DNA of 64,000 nt. Source: the human T2T-CHM13v2.0 reference genome, Homo sapiens. The position numbers and the translations under genes were made by a program. Below the pieces are notes generated by a model. The model ran no database searches. It saw only the letters and a list, made by a program, of their open reading frames with translations, and was not told the origin of the DNA. This document shows, piece by piece, positions 48,028 through 63,784 of this stretch. Positions within the stretch are counted from its first letter, which is position 1; each line of letters starts with the position of its first letter. The DNA lies in the NCBI RefSeq assembly GCF_009914755.1, contig NC_060925.1, one strand, 5' to 3'.

Positions 48028-51000
48028 CGCTGCAGTACAGGTTGAAATCATTTCTCCCTCCTGCGCTCGCTAGGGTCTGACAGGGAGCTTCATCTACATA
48101 TGCTCAGGTTCCGGCTGCAGCCCGGTTATTTTATGTAAATCAGAATCCACGACTTGCTGCCGGCCTCCCCCCACTAACAAACTGCTGCTTGCGGCCCACC
48201 TGCCCTGGCCCCTTCACCCCGTCATCTTGGAGCCACCTGGTTGGAGGCAGAGAGGGGCAGAGGGGTGAAATTCCCTTGTCTTTATCCTGGGGCTCCTAGT
48301 CTGCCAGGCAGGTGGGCAAAGGGGCACCCGGCAGCTGGGCCACAGTGTGCTCCAGACCCCTTAAGATCTGACAGCTGGCCCGAGCCAGGCTCTCAAATGC
48401 AGGGGAGGGGGCACCTCTGGAGGCCTCTTGTCCATCCCAGCCCCCTTCCCCTTCCAAGAACCAGAGCTGCATCTCAGTAGAGAGAAGGAGAGAGGGTGAG
48501 GAAGGGGTGGAGCAAATCAAAGAGAGGGAGAGAAATGAGGGTACAGGGGGAAGAGAGAAAAGACGGCAAAGGAGAGAGAGGAGATGCCGAGAGGTTACCA
48601 AGGTGGACACCAAGCACAGGCCAGAGGGAATGACCAAGTCTGAGACCCAGAGAGAGACAGACAGACAAGAGCCAGAGAGAGATAAGGACCTGGACAAAAA
48701 CAAAAACATATTGTCAGAGAAAGAAGCGGGAGGGAAGACCTGGGCCAGTTGGAAAAGGGAAGGCTCAGCGTGATCATGGCCCTGGGAATGAGAGCGTCGG
48801 AGAACCAGCCCTCCCAGGTCTCAAAGACCCCCTGGCCCCCAGCCCCCAGGCCTCGCCCCTGTCCAGGCGCTGCCCACCTCCCAAGCCTCCCTAGCCAGGG
48901 CTGGTGCTGTACCCTGAGCCCAGGAGACGGGAGGGGAGCCAGCCCTATCTGGGGAGGATGGGGGCTCCCACAGGGCTCCCACAGGTCTCTGCTGCACCCC
49001 ACTGGGTCCTTCTTCTGCATTTGGAAGTCAGGCCCACCCAGCCCAGTGGCCTGAGACCCAGGCCCAGGTGACACTGCCCCTCTTGGCCTAGACTCCCACC
49101 CAGCTTCTAAGTCAGAGGAGGTGGGCAGTGGGTGCACAGGTAGGAGTCCCTGCCATGGACCACGAGGCCTCGGGGTCCTAAAATCCACATCACCCCGAGC
49201 CCATGGAGCCCAGGTCTGAGGAGTGAGGGCGGGGATGGCAGCAGAGCAAGATTTTACAGCCTCCACCAGACAGTCTCGGTGTCTTCATCCCAGGGCCTTG
49301 CAGCTCCAGAGCCATCTACCCCATGCCCAGCACAAAGACCGACCTCTGGGGCCAGGGGACAGCGGCCACAGCAGCAGAAGAGGAGGGCGGGGCTGCAGCA
49401 GGGAATTCAGGGAGCCCCTCCCAAAGGAGCTGGCTCACAGCCTCTCCTTCCCTGGGGGAGCCTCCAGGCACGCACTCCCCGCTTCCCCTGTCCTATCTCC
49501 ACTTCCCCATCAAATAACAGGGACAGGGAGCTTCACCCTCTTTGAGACCCCGGGGAAGATGCAAGAGCCGCAGAGTGCAGGCCTGGGAGTCTCTGGGGCA
49601 TGATGGGCCAGGCAGGAGCCTCCACACCCAGCTCCACAGACCCGGGTTCCCCCTTCACCTCACAAATCCTCCCCATGCAGCCCCCATGCTGGCCCAGTGG
49701 TAAGGGGGGGTTCCCGGGAAGGGACAGACACACATCCATCCCGGACACTGTGTCAGACGGGGCACAGAGCTGAGGGACAACAGAGAAGGCAAGCAGAATT
49801 GGGCAGAGGGGCCAGGGTCTCTCTAGGGGAAGACAGGGTGGTACACACACAGTCACATGCACACACGTGTGTGCACGGAGGACCAGAAGGGCCTGGATTG
49901 GCTGCAAAGCAGGTGGGGGTCGGGGGCAGGGGCTTGGAGTGGCAGCAGTGGGGGTGCTGCACAGGCTCTGGACCAGGGGGCCGTGGGGCACAGTCAGAGC
50001 ACACTCAGGAAGCTCTCCCAGGAGAGCCCAGGGCTGCAGAAGCCCCACAAGGCAGGGGCTGGGAGAGAAGGGCCGGTAGGAGGTGGGTGAGAGGTGCTGA
50101 CTGCCGCCCCCAGCAAAGAGCACCGGGGCGGTACACACCTGGGGCAACTCTGGCCAGAGGGTTGGGGCTAACACCTCCCAGCCCCATCCTTTCCCCAGCA
50201 GTCCCTGAACTCCGTGGGGACCAAGGACACAGTCCAGGGCGGGCTCTGCCCTCCCAACATCCCCAGGCTGACACCCAGACCAGAAAAGGAACCACAGGCT
50301 GCAGGTAGAGTTCAGAGCCCCCCAAAATGCCTCCAAGTACCCGAACAAGCCGGGGAAGTGGAAATGGGGCACAGACCCGAGGCCCAGAGGCGAAGGCAGG
50401 GACCCTCGCCCCCCACCACCACCATCTCTCCCACCCCAGGGCCGCCAGGGGAGCCTGCCAGGATGTCATGTCATAGCAGTCCCTCCTCTGCTCGAAGCCT
50501 TCCAGTGATCTCACCTTGTTCACGGGACAAGAGGCCCATGGTGCACCACCCGCAACAGGCCCTCCCGAAACCCTCACAGCACGGAGTGTCTCCAGCCTGG
50601 GACAAGCTCCCCAAACCCACCCCTAAGCTCTTCTGGCAGCCACCTCCCCACCTCACTCTGCAGGGAGGCCTAGATCCGGGCCCAGCGCTGCCAAGGGCAC
50701 CCCCTTAGCATTAGCACCTCACCTCACCACCACTGCGCCTCACCAGCTACCTCCCTGGGCCTCTCACTTGCAAGGTGGGGCCAGGCCAGTCCCCTCTAGG
50801 CGGGGGAAAGAAAGGTGGAGAGCTGGCCTCAGGTCCCCCCGGGGCAGGTGGGAGGGGAGAAACACTCCTGGCAGCGGTGGCTGGTGGAGCTGACAGCCCT
50901 GGATTCAGATCTCAGCACCACCACTGTGTCACTGTGTGACCTTGGGCCAGGGCACCTCTGAGCCCCCGCTCTCATCTGTGAAGTGAGGTGCTTGCCATTG

Positions 51001-51676
51001 CTCTCAACATAGGGTCGCTTGGAGGATCAGAGGAGACGCCCAGAAGGAAGCAGACAGCATATGGTGAGGAAATGGCAGACCTCAGTGTCCTAGACCAAGT
51101 AGGAAGGACTTTAAGCTGCAAACCCACCTCAGTTTCCCCATCTGCCAACCAGCGATCATCCCTCCCATGCCACCAATTTCCAGGGCTGATCATGAGGATC
51201 AAGTGAGCCCGCGTGAAGCACAGAGAAGCACACTCGGAATGTGTCAGCAGCGTGGGAAGACAAGGGACGTGTTCACACCATCACACCCTGCCAACCCAAG
51301 GCAGCGGAGCATGCGGCAGCCTCGCCCATCCAGAACCAGCCGAGAACCAGGGACAAAGTGACGGGAATCCAGAGGTCACCTGCAGGTGACTGTCCCTAAA
51401 TGGGGCCTTGCTTCTCTTCTCCAACTCACTTCATCAGGTTTCAGTTTAGAGGGACGGAGTCAGCTACAGAGCAGGGAGTGGGGCAGGGAGGTAGGGAGGC
51501 ACCGTGGCGACGGAATCCAGCCCTGTCCCTCGCACAGGATAGGACAACGGGAGGAAGGAAAAATGACGCTCCGACATCCTGCTCCGGAAACAGGACAGCT
51601 CAGCAACGTCTTAAAAAGGCTTCCGTGCACAACGCTTCATACGAGAAACTGGTTATGGTGTTTTTCATCAAACTCA

Positions 51677-52099
<423 letters not shown>

Positions 52100-52194
52100 C
52101 TAGGGACTGTGTGACATCACCTCACCTCCAGGCCTTTCCTTCCCTCCTCTGTAAATGGGACAATAACCACCTGCCCCTGATAAGACAGTGTTCA

Positions 52195-52710
<516 letters not shown>

Positions 52711-55700
52711 TCAAGCCCCAAACCTGAGGACCCCAGGGGTTTGCAGGACAAACTCAGCAAGGAAGATGCCAGGATACCCCATGGGTTTGAGAGGATGCCA
52801 CCTTAATGGAGAATCCAAGACCATATCGTATCTCCTCGTGGATCCCGCACCTGTGCACACACAGGCACACAGGTCCGCACTCCCCCACCTCCAACACACT
52901 CACAACGGGAAGCCAAGCGCATTCCAGCTGGGCACTAGAAAGCTGTGACAGTCCACAGAGAGACGCCGTGCCCAGCACACGTGGGTGTTCAGGACTCACC
53001 TCACCTGCACTGACTCGAAAGGCCGAGGGGGCCCTGGCCGGGCAGGCTCGGGAAGGGAGTATGTTTGACGACACTGGCCACAGTCCCAGGTCTGCCTCCC
53101 TCAACCTCCAACCCAGAGGAAGGGCTGCCACATGTCCTGGGGGGTGTGACGTGAGACCCCTGCTGGGACGGCAGTAGCCTGGGGTCTGACGCTCATCTGG
53201 GAAATCAGGATAGAGAAAAGGAGTTCCCACGCACCAGATATGAGCTGTGGAGGGGCTGTGGGGAGGGTCCTCTTGGCAGGCACAGCAGCAAGAATCAAAC
53301 CATCCAAAGTAGAGACACTTCTGCCCGTGGGGGCAAAGGAGGCTTCCAGAAGGGAAGAACCTCCAAGAGTCCTCTAGAAGGGCCCACGAGAGAGCCGGCC
53401 CTTCATGCCAGCCTGCGGCCCCAGCGCCCCAGCCAGCTTGTCCTACTCGCTCTCCACCATCCCCTGTGCACTCAGGAGCACTCAGGGGAAGCTGAGGGGC
53501 AAAGAGAGGCCCCTCAGCCTCAGACCCTCTGCCATGGACACCCCAGGCCTGACCTTCTGTGACAGTGGAGACACAACAGGGAGTGTCACTCAGAGCCTGA
53601 GGGTTGCCTCCAGTGGGACCCCGCGGAGGACGAGAGGTCCTGGGGCCACCAGGAGGCTTTCACCCAGGAAGGGGGCAGAGTGTCCCTGCTGGATCAAGTT
53701 TAGAGACAGAGAGCCCCTTCCCCCGAGGAAGTTTTTGATCATAACCACCTACAGCTGGCAGTGTTGGAGCCAGGTTCGAACCCAGGCAGTCTGGTGACCC
53801 TGGTGACCCCTGGGTCACCAAAAGGGCTTCGAGGCGACCCCCAGTGTGGCCCACACGCTCAGACACACTCGCCACATGCAGACGCACAGACATGCATGTG
53901 CACCCAACACTCACCTGTCACCCTCCACACAGGCCCCCACCGCCCGGCCTGGGACCCCCAGAGAGTCCTAAGCGGGGAAAGGGGGACAGGAGGGCTCCTA
54001 CCCTGGGTCTCTGGGGCTCCCATGGCCCACACTATGGGTGCAGCTTTAGCCCCACTGTCCCCACTCCTCGGGGGCACCGGGGCTCTGGTGGCTGAGCGGA
54101 CGCCCCTCCCACCCTTGCATCCCACGGGGCCAATGTGCACCAGTGGAAGGTGTTTGCACCAGTGGAAGGTGGGGGCTGCACCACTGTCTTGGTGCCTCTC
54201 TGCACCAGGGCCTCCCTCAAGGGTGGCCAGGTGCTTGGGGCTCCCACACAGGGAGGGCACCCTGTGGAGGGCTAGGGCACACAGGGGAGCCAGCAGCAAG
54301 GGCCGCCCCAGGTGGGTTTATGTGGGTGAGGCCCCAAGCAGCCAGGGGCAGGGGCTGGGCTGCTCCGGCTGACCCCACCCCATTCCTCTGATCACTAGTG
54401 TGGAAAGGCGGGGATTTTTCAAACCAGCTGAAAACGTGCACGGGGACCCCCTCGGAGTCGTCCTGCAGAGCAGGTGTCGGTGGGGCAGTGGCAGGGCTGG
54501 CGGGGAGCTGTCTGTGGTGGGGCAGCCGATGGGATGCCAGTCCACAACTGCCCGCTCTGCCACCGGGCCTCCGCCTCCCCCGCCACCGCAGGAGACCGCC
54601 TGGGCAGAGCCACCCCCACACCCTGGCGGTGCCCAGCACTGCTTATGTAACGGGCTCTGGCTGATGCAATCTCGAGGGGGGGCCTCTCCCTCCTGCTTCC
54701 TCCCAGCTGTCCCCTTCCGGCAGGGTGGTCCCAGACTTAGGAAACCCAGCCCAGCACATGGTCACTGACTGGTGGCCTGACCAACAGAACGGATGAGGGT
54801 ATGCACAGGTGGCTGCCAGAAGTTCTGGAAGGAAGTCTGGGATCTGCCCGTGGGTAAGGGGAGGACAAAGGGGGACCCCTGCTCTGGCCCTAACCCACGC
54901 CCAGAACAGGCCTTCGAGGACAAGGCCCCAGACCCTCTGCCCATGGACAGACCCCAGCTCCGTTCCCAGAAGACCTCACAGCCCAGGGCCTCTGCCTGGT
55001 GAAACCCACCTCTGAGAAGGCTCTGGAACTGGCACACGGAGACGGGGACTCAGCCCTGCCTAACCCTGTCTCTGATGGGCCCTTCCTCTCCCCAGATGGC
55101 TTCTGGTGGGTGGCCCTGAGGTCACCACACGCCTGATTCTCTATGACACTGCCCCCCCCAACACCTCACACGCTCCCGTCTTCAGCCAAGCCCCAGCCCC
55201 TTTCTGCCCTTGGACACTCTCTGCTCCCGCAGCAGGTCCTGAGCTTTCTAAAACCAGATCTGGGGGTCACCATACAAGCAACTGCACGGTCAGCCTTTCC
55301 CCAAGCCCAGCCTGTGCCCTTGAGCCCACCAGTCCCTCCTCCCTATGGCTCCATCTGGTGGGGACAGAGCAGAGGCCCAGAGGGTTCCAAGACGCAGAGC
55401 ATGCAGCCAGTGTTAAGGTGGCATCCTGCCCGTCCCGGGTGAGGGGCTCCAGGGAGGAGCAACCTCACCTCAGAACTCCTTGTCCTGCCAGCTCCTGGCC
55501 CCTCGTGGCTGCCCCACCACCCTCCTGGCCCACCTGGCAGTGCCCTCATGCACCAGCCCTAACCCTCCAGGGCCTGAGGCTCCACGGATCCAAGCCTGCT
55601 CTAATTAAGACCCATTACCCTGTGATCACCCACCTCCTGGGGGTGGAGGCGGGGTGGGGCTCAAGTCGACCAGAGGAAGGAGAGGCACCTTCTGCTGCTT

Positions 55701-55973
55701 TCTCCAGAGCTCCCTCAGCCCCTCTCTAGCTCCCAGTATGCGCCAGCTCAGCCCTGTGGGACCCCCAGGCTGGCCTAGGCTGAGCCACTGCAGGCTGCGG
55801 CCAGGCCGATGAGGTGGGCCCTTCTCAGGGTAGCGCATTGCAATAGCAGCAGTCGTGATAACTGCATACCACCTGCCAGGCTCGTGCCAGGCCCAAAGTA
55901 CCTAGGACTGATTAATTTGTATCAGTTCAACACAGCAACTCAGAGAGGGGTACTATTCTTTCTGGTTTGGGGC

Positions 55974-56132
55974 TTTATTTATTTATTTATTTATTTTAGA
56001 GACAGAGTCGCTGGCTGGAGTGCAGTGTTATGATCATGGCTCACTGCAGGCCTCGACCTCCTGGGCTCGAGCGACCCTCCCACCTCAGCCTCCTGAGCAG
56101 CTGGGACAACACGCACAACCACCACACCTGGC
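55974..56132 (-). mobile_element. Partial old Alu with (TTTA)n tail
   Basis: tttatttattt...gagacagagtc...gctggagtgcagtg. Confidence 0.75.
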
Positions 56133-56356
56133 TCAGGGTTCTATTCTTATCCCCATCTGCAGATTGGGAAACTGAGGCTCAAAGGACCTCATTATTTACC
56201 TACATCTCAGTCCTACAGCTGGCAGTGGTGAAGCTGCCACTGTTTGAACACAGGCAGTGGGCGCCCACCCCCTTGCGAAGTCTCTCCCCCAGCACCCTCC
56301 CACTGAAACAGCCCACGCTGTGTAAACCGGCTCGGTGGATGCCCTGGGGACACTGA

Positions 56357-57047
<691 letters not shown>

Positions 57048-58004
57048 GAGAGGGGCTATTTCTGTTCCCCACCTGGACTCCCCAACCAGCAACAAGCAGA
57101 GAACAAGGCCACCAGGAGGTCAGGAGGAGGGAGCAACAGGGGCAGCAGAGGCTTCAAGCTACCCCTCCTGGAGGTGATACCAGCAAGTCCCCTCCCCACT
57201 GAGCCTCTCTCTTCATCTGTGAAATGGGCCTAATGTGGCAGCCTTTCCCCCAGGGCTATGGGGAGAAGTAAAAACTGTGAATGCAAAGGACCCACACGAT
57301 GCCTGCAGGGGCTCAGCAATGGCAGGCAGAGCCCAGCGAGACCCAGGAGGGTCAGGGCGGCAGTGGTGAAGGGCAGAGGGCAGCGGTCTCTAGTTTGGCC
57401 ACTGCTGGGCCAGAGGTTCTCAGGGCCACCCTAGACGCTGGCCAAGGAGTTCTCAGGCTGCCGTTAGTCCTCGAACCTCCCCCCATGAGACAGGGCTTAT
57501 GCTGGCAAAGGGGGGCAGTACACCGCCCAAGAGAGGATTCATAATTTATTTATGACATTTAACAAAACCCAGACATCACCTCATTGGTGTCACATCAAAA
57601 GAAAGCATCAGTCCTGAGTGGGGAGTGGAGGGAAGAGACGGGGATAGATGAGGCATTTACCCCAAGTGACTGGGGCCTGGGGGGAGTCACCCTGGGGGTG
57701 CAGGGAAAGCAGGGAGAGGCCCAGGGCATGGGTGGGGAGGAGGAGGACAGAATGGTGAGAGGGGAAGTCAACCTGGGGGGACAGGGAGGGACAAAAGAGA
57801 GAAAAACGGCCAGACAGAAAGGGAGAGGCAGGGGCATGACCTCAGGGGAGACGAAAACTGACAGATATGGGGACAGAGGGAGAGAGAGAGACAGGGAAGG
57901 AGAGTGAAATAAGGACAGAGCCACAGAGATAAGCAAAAGCCCAGAAAGTTAGACAACACACATTGTGTTCAGTACCCAGCTCAGAGAAGATATTCCAGAA
58001 GTCT

Positions 58005-59665
58005 CTGATGGGTGGACGGATAATTGTATAGTGAATGGATGGATGGTGGATAGGTGGATGGATGAATGCATGGTGGATGGATGGTGAATAGATTGATGGA
58101 TGATGAATTGATGGATAGATGGTGGGTAGATGGATGGATAGATGGATGGATGGTGGGTGGATGGATGGATGGATGGATGGATGGCAGATGGATGGACACT
58201 GGACGGATGGTGGATGGGTGGATAGTGGATGGATGGTGGATGGGTGGATGGACGAATGGATGGTGGATAGATGGTGAATAGATGGATGGATGATGAATTG
58301 ATGGATAGACGGTGGGTGGAAGGATGGATGGTGGATGGGTGGATGGATGAATGGATGGTGGATGGATGGTGAATAAGTGGATAGATGGTGAATTGATGGA
58401 TGGATGATGAATTGATGGATAGATGGTGGGTGGATGGATGAATGGTGGATGGAAGATGGAGGATGGACGGATGGATAAATGGATGAATGGATGAATGACG
58501 GATGGATGGATGAAAGATGAATGGATAGATGGATGGATAGATGGTGGGTGGGTGGATGGATGGATGGTGGATGAAGGATGGATGGTGGGTGGGTGGATGG
58601 ATGGATGGTGGATGAAGGATGGATGGATGGATGGATGGATGGCAGATGGATGGCTGAATGGATAATGGATGGATGATGGATGGATGGTGGGTGGATGAAT
58701 GGTGGATGAATGGATGAGTGGATGGTGGATGGATGCATGGATGGATGGTGGATTGATGAATAGATGGACAATAGGTGGATGGATGGATGGCAGATGGATG
58801 GATGGTGGGCGGATGGTGGGTGGATGAATGAGTGGTGGATGAATGGATGAGTGGATGGTGGTTGGATGCGTGGTTGGATTGTGGATTGATGGATGGATGG
58901 TGGGTGGATGGATGGATGGATGCATGGATGGATGGTGGATGGATGAATGAATGGATGGTGGATGGATGAATGGATGGTGGATGAATGGATGAGTGGATGG
59001 TGGATGGATGCATGGATGGATGGTGGATGGATGCATGGATGGATGGTGGATAGATGAATGGATGGATGACGGGTGGATAGATGGATGAATGGTGGGTACA
59101 GGAATGGATGGATGGTGGGTGGTGGATGAATGGATGGAAGCATGAATGGTGGATGGGCAGATGGATGGATGGTGGATGGGCAGATGGATGGATGGTGGAT
59201 GGGTGGATGGTGGATGGACAGATGAATGAATGGTGGATGGATGGATTGGAGGATGGATGAATGAATGGTGGGAAGCATGGACAGATAGTGCATGGATGAA
59301 TAGTGGATAAGAAGAACAAGAACAAATGGATGGATGGATGGATGGATGGATGGACGGACGGACGGATGGATATACATATGGATAGATAGGTGGATGGTGA
59401 ATGGTTACTTGGTTGGTTTTGTGGGTCGACGGGTAGATGTGGGAGAGCAGGTAGATACATGGATACATGGATGCATGGATGGATGGATGGATGGTGGGAA
59501 GCATGGACGAATAGTGCATGGATGAATAGTGGATAGGAAGAACAGATGGATGGATGGATATGGTATGGATATGGATTGATAGGCGGATGGTGAACGGTTA
59601 CTTGGTTGGTTTTGTAGGTGGATGGGTAGATGTGGGTGGGTAGGTAGATGGATGGATGGATGATG
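58005..59665. repeat. (TGGA)n-based simple-repeat array, about 1.7 kb, intron 1
   Basis: Degenerate GGAT/GGT/GAAT units with internal higher-order duplications. Confidence 0.96.
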
Positions 59666-60294
59666 GGTGAGCGACTGAATGAACTGATAAAATGATAGAT
59701 GGATCCTATTACCTGATCAACTTGGAATGACAATGAATAACCCACTGGCCAAGCCACTGGGCAAAGTGTGCTGGTCATTTTGTCTCCCTCCTCCCAGAAA
59801 AGAATGTTAAATACAATCAGGCTCCCTGGGACCCCCCTACCAAACCATGCTTCCACAGGGGTAGGGGTGCAGGCTAAAATGTCATGGCCTTTTGGGAATC
59901 ATGACTGTCACTCTCTCCTGGCCCCTGGACCTGAGGAAGCAAGCCTAAGATACTTACACATCTAGGGCCAATTGTCACTGGGGCCAGAGAGGTAACGGTG
60001 CCTAGTCCAGACATTGCCCATTCTGGGCTCACTAGCTTTGTCTGTGATTGAGGAAAAGCTGGGCCAATGAGGCAGGGAATTTGCCAGCCCAGCAGTGGCC
60101 CTAAGAGGGCTGAGAGCCACATTTTCTGAAGCCCTCTCCTGCTTCCTGCCACCCCTACCTTGGGCTTCACAGCCCTCCTCCCACCCAGGCTCCTACTCCC
60201 CTGAGCTTACTGGCTAAGGATGCAAGTATCAGAAGCATTTCCTTGGAGAAGGCAGGACAGCTGCCCTCCTTGGCTGGTGCTAACTACACCAGCC

Positions 60295-60490
60295 ACAGTT
60301 TATTGAGCACCTATCATGTGCTGGGCACTGTGGCCTAATGTTCCACATGCACTGTCTCACTGTTCCTCATAATAACCCTCTATGAGGTAGCCAGTGCTAT
60401 GTCCCCATACTACAAGTGGGCACACCGAGGAGAGGGCTGCCTGGCTTGTCCAAGACCACTCAGCTAATGCTCAGAGCTAGAAGCCAAGGC
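60295..60490 (-). mobile_element. MIR fragment
   Basis: tttattgagcacctatcatgtgctgggcactgtg...tcctcataataaccctctatgaggtag. Confidence 0.7.
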
Positions 60491-61159
60491 CTCATCCCAC
60501 CAGCTCTTGACCCCTGGCTTCAACCAGCCACCCCAACTCCCAGGAGAATCTGGCAACTGCTGGTCCCCCAACCAGAAGAGGCACCCGCCCTGCCTTCCTC
60601 CTAGAAGCTGGCTCAGACACCTGCCTCAATGCCAGAGCTGGCCAGGGCAAACCTCCCCCTCCCCACCATCACTGCACGGGAAACAATAATTCACTGCTGA
60701 GAGTGAGCAACTCCCAGGGGGAGGTGGGAGATGAGCAGAGTCAAAGAAAAAAGATCGGACAAGTCATGAGTTTAATAGCCGTAGACTGAAAAATCATCAT
60801 GACAGCTTCCAAAACACTAGCTCCTCCAGCCACAAACTTCCATCTTTTGGAACCAGCTGGTTCTGGTCTTTGGGGGTCACCGCCACTGAGCTTGGACTCA
60901 GGGCTGCATAGGGGCTATGAGGAAGAGCTCAGGGTGAGTGGGGGGCCAGCAGTGCGACTTGACAGGAGGCCTGGCTAGGGCTGTCTTCACAGCCAGAAGC
61001 TGGGGTGACCTAGAGAGTCCCAGCCCTCAGACACTGAAACCACAACCATCTCTCAGGAACGCATGGTTTCAGGTGCTGGGCATGGCAGGTTATCGAGAGT
61101 TACATTCGAAGGGGAACCCACAGATCCAGGAGGAAACTGATGACAACGTTTCGAGTATG

Positions 61160-61285
61160 TGAGGTGTGGTGACACAAGCATGTAGTCCCAGCTACTAGGG
61201 AGGTTGAGGCAGGAGGATCGCTTGAGCACAGGAGTTCAAATCCAGCTTGGGCAACACAGCAAGACCCCATCTCTTCCAAAGAAAG
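61160..61285 (+). mobile_element. Alu monomer (FLAM-like)
   Basis: tgtagtcccagctactagggaggttgaggcaggaggatcgcttgagc. Confidence 0.7.
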
Positions 61286-63590
61286 CATGACAATGTGTCT
61301 CAGAGTGACTGGAAGGCCCTTAGCAAGGGTGTCCCTCCCCATCATAACATTCGAGCTGGGACCTAAATGACCAGGAGGCAGCGGTGAGCAGAGGAAAGAG
61401 CAGGTCAGGCAGAGGTCACAGCCAGGGCCCCATGGCAGGATGGAGCGTGGAGCGTGGAGTGTTCCAGAAGCAGCAAGGAGGCCAGCGTGGCTGCTGTGAA
61501 CAAAGGGGTACAGGAGTGGACCCGGGACAAGGGTTTCAGAGGCGACTGGAGCCATGCGGGTCGGGATCTGACTTGGGTTCACGAGGTGACCCCAGCTGCT
61601 GTGCAGTGGGTGGTCAGAAGGAGTGGGTAGAAGGCCCTGGAGGGGACCGGCAGGAGGGGACAGAGGCTTGGACCCAGAACATGGAGAGAAGCCAGGAGCC
61701 TGGAAAGGCTCTGGAGGTGGAGCAGCTGGCCTTGCTGATGGATGGGGACAGAATCCCCAGGCCAGAGGTGCCAGAGCAGGGCGTCTCTTCTGCAGGGCTC
61801 TGGGGGCACTCCTGGAGGCTCTGGGGCCAACCCACCGAGGGGGAGCACGGGTGGTGGGCAGGATGACCAGAGCCCCGCCTCTCTGGCCCAAGCAGTGAGT
61901 CGGGTGCCTACTAGACTGGGGGCACCTTCCCTGGCCTCTTCCCCTCCCCAACCTCTAAGTCCCCACATAGTCAGAGAGAGCCGGAGTGTAAGATGGGAAA
62001 GACAGCCAGGGGACTCCACCAGCGGGTCGGTGCAACCCCAGAAATGCCACTGATCCCACAAAAGGGCCACACCCCAAACACCATAACAAACAACTTGCTG
62101 AGAAAACCAGTAAACTGGCTTACTGGGGAGCCAGCCTCCTAGGTGGAAAATGGCCACTGATTTTTTTTTGTGCCTGTGCGGGGCCTCAGAGTTCCCCTCC
62201 GGAGAATGGGTCTAATTCCAAGGACCCAGGATATGACAGTCAACTATTGTCCAGGCAACTCCACCCCAAGAGAGGACTCCCCTATTCCCCGTCCCCAGCA
62301 CGCTCGCTGCCAACTTGGCCTGTCTAACAGGCGAGGTGAGTGCCGGGCTCCTGTAGGAGCTCAGTGACAGCATTAAAGCCACCAACTAACCAAGCAAGCA
62401 AACAGAAGGGGGCAGGGGGTGTGGCCACCTGGTGGGAATACCCTCCCCAGAAGACGCTGGCTGCTTCCTCCAACAGGAGCTGGAGGTGTCCATTTGTGGA
62501 GTCTTCTCACCCCTGGAAGTCAGAAGGGGCCAGATGCACGTTCCTGGGCCCGGGAGGGCCTCCAGCCTCCCACAAGTCTCTCCGAAGTCCAGAGAGGCCA
62601 CAGACTTGGCGCAGGGAAGCCGAGAAGTAAGAGTCTCCCAGAAAGGAGGGAGGGTGGCTGACAGGGTGGGGCCCTACCCAGCTGTGCCAGGAGGGAAAAC
62701 GTCCCAAACAAATGGTGAGCAGTTAACTAAAGAACTGTCCCGCAAGGCAACCCCTGGCGCACAGCCCTGTGTATACTAAATTCTGAGAGAGATAAAAGGA
62801 GAGAGATGGTAGGGGCAGGGGCGGTGGCCCTGGGGCGTCAGGCCCGTAGCCAAGGCAGGGTGGGCTGGGAACGGCCACCACCCTGGGCGATGGTGAGGCT
62901 GGAGACAGCGGCGGGCGCTAGGTCGCGCCAGAAGGACGCCGGCGGCCCGGGTAAAGTGCTTGGGAGCGGCGGTCACAGCGCACAGAGGCCAGGAAAGAGG
63001 AGCAGGGGTCCGAGCCCGTGCGTCCCAGAGCGGAGTCCTCCTGGGCCGGGAGGGAAGCCGCCCCATCCTGGGCGCTCAACGCGTCCCCAAGCACCGCCGG
63101 TCCTCGCCCCTCTCTGGGCCCCACCCAGCCCGCCCCGCGGCCGACATGGGCCAGGGGCCGGGTCCCGCCTGCCCGCAGCGAGGCCAGAGGCGCACGGCGG
63201 CGGGACGCGAGCGCGGGGTGCGCCGCTCCGGGAGCTAGCGCGATTCCCGCCCCCTTCAAGGGCACGCGGGCTGACCCTGACAGCGCCGCGCCCCCCAGCG
63301 CAGGCCCCGGCCCGCGGTCCTCTGGCCCGCCTGGCCCGCGTCGCCGCCCGGGGGGCCCGGATCGCACCCCGCCCTTAGCCGCCCTCACGCCGCGCCCGGG
63401 CGCTCACCCAGCCTTCGCCCTTGGCCGCGCGGCGCCAGCAGGGCGGGAGCGCAGCCCCGCAACCCGGGTGCCCCTCCTGCGAGGCGCCAGCCCGGCCGCG
63501 CCGCCCCCGCCGCCCGCGCTCCGGCCCTGGGCCCGGCCCGTCTCGGCGCCCCCGCCGCTCTGGCCCCAGGCGCACCCGCGCCCCGCTCAC

Positions 63591-63669
63591 CTGACATCTC
63601 GTCCTCATTCTCCATCTCCTCGGCGAACAGCCGCGGCAGCTCCTCCTCGGTGCCCACTGGGCCCCGCAT
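63591..63669 (-). CDS. CHD5: CHD5 exon 1 coding part (79 nt)
   Basis: ATG at 63669; [26 protein letters not shown]; donor CAG|GTGAGC. Confidence 0.96.
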
Positions 63670-63784
63670 GCCCGGCGCGGGGAGGAGGGGAGGTGGGCGC
63701 CCCCCCTCCCGCCGGGCGCGGTGCCAGCCTTAACCCGTGCGCTGCCGGACCGGCGCGCGCGGCGGGCGAGGCGGCCTCGGCGAG

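Noticed and set aside
53801-53820. Perfect 9-bp inverted repeat TGGTGACCC-CT-GGGTCACCA
   Set aside because: Too short for a miRNA or structured RNA; half-site orientation does not match an oestrogen response element.
57842-59856. 511-635 aa His/Pro/Ser/Ile-rich ORFs (and 322-405 aa ORFs at 33097-34411)
   Set aside because: Translations of (TCCA)n repeats, which lack stops in all frames; no coding signature.
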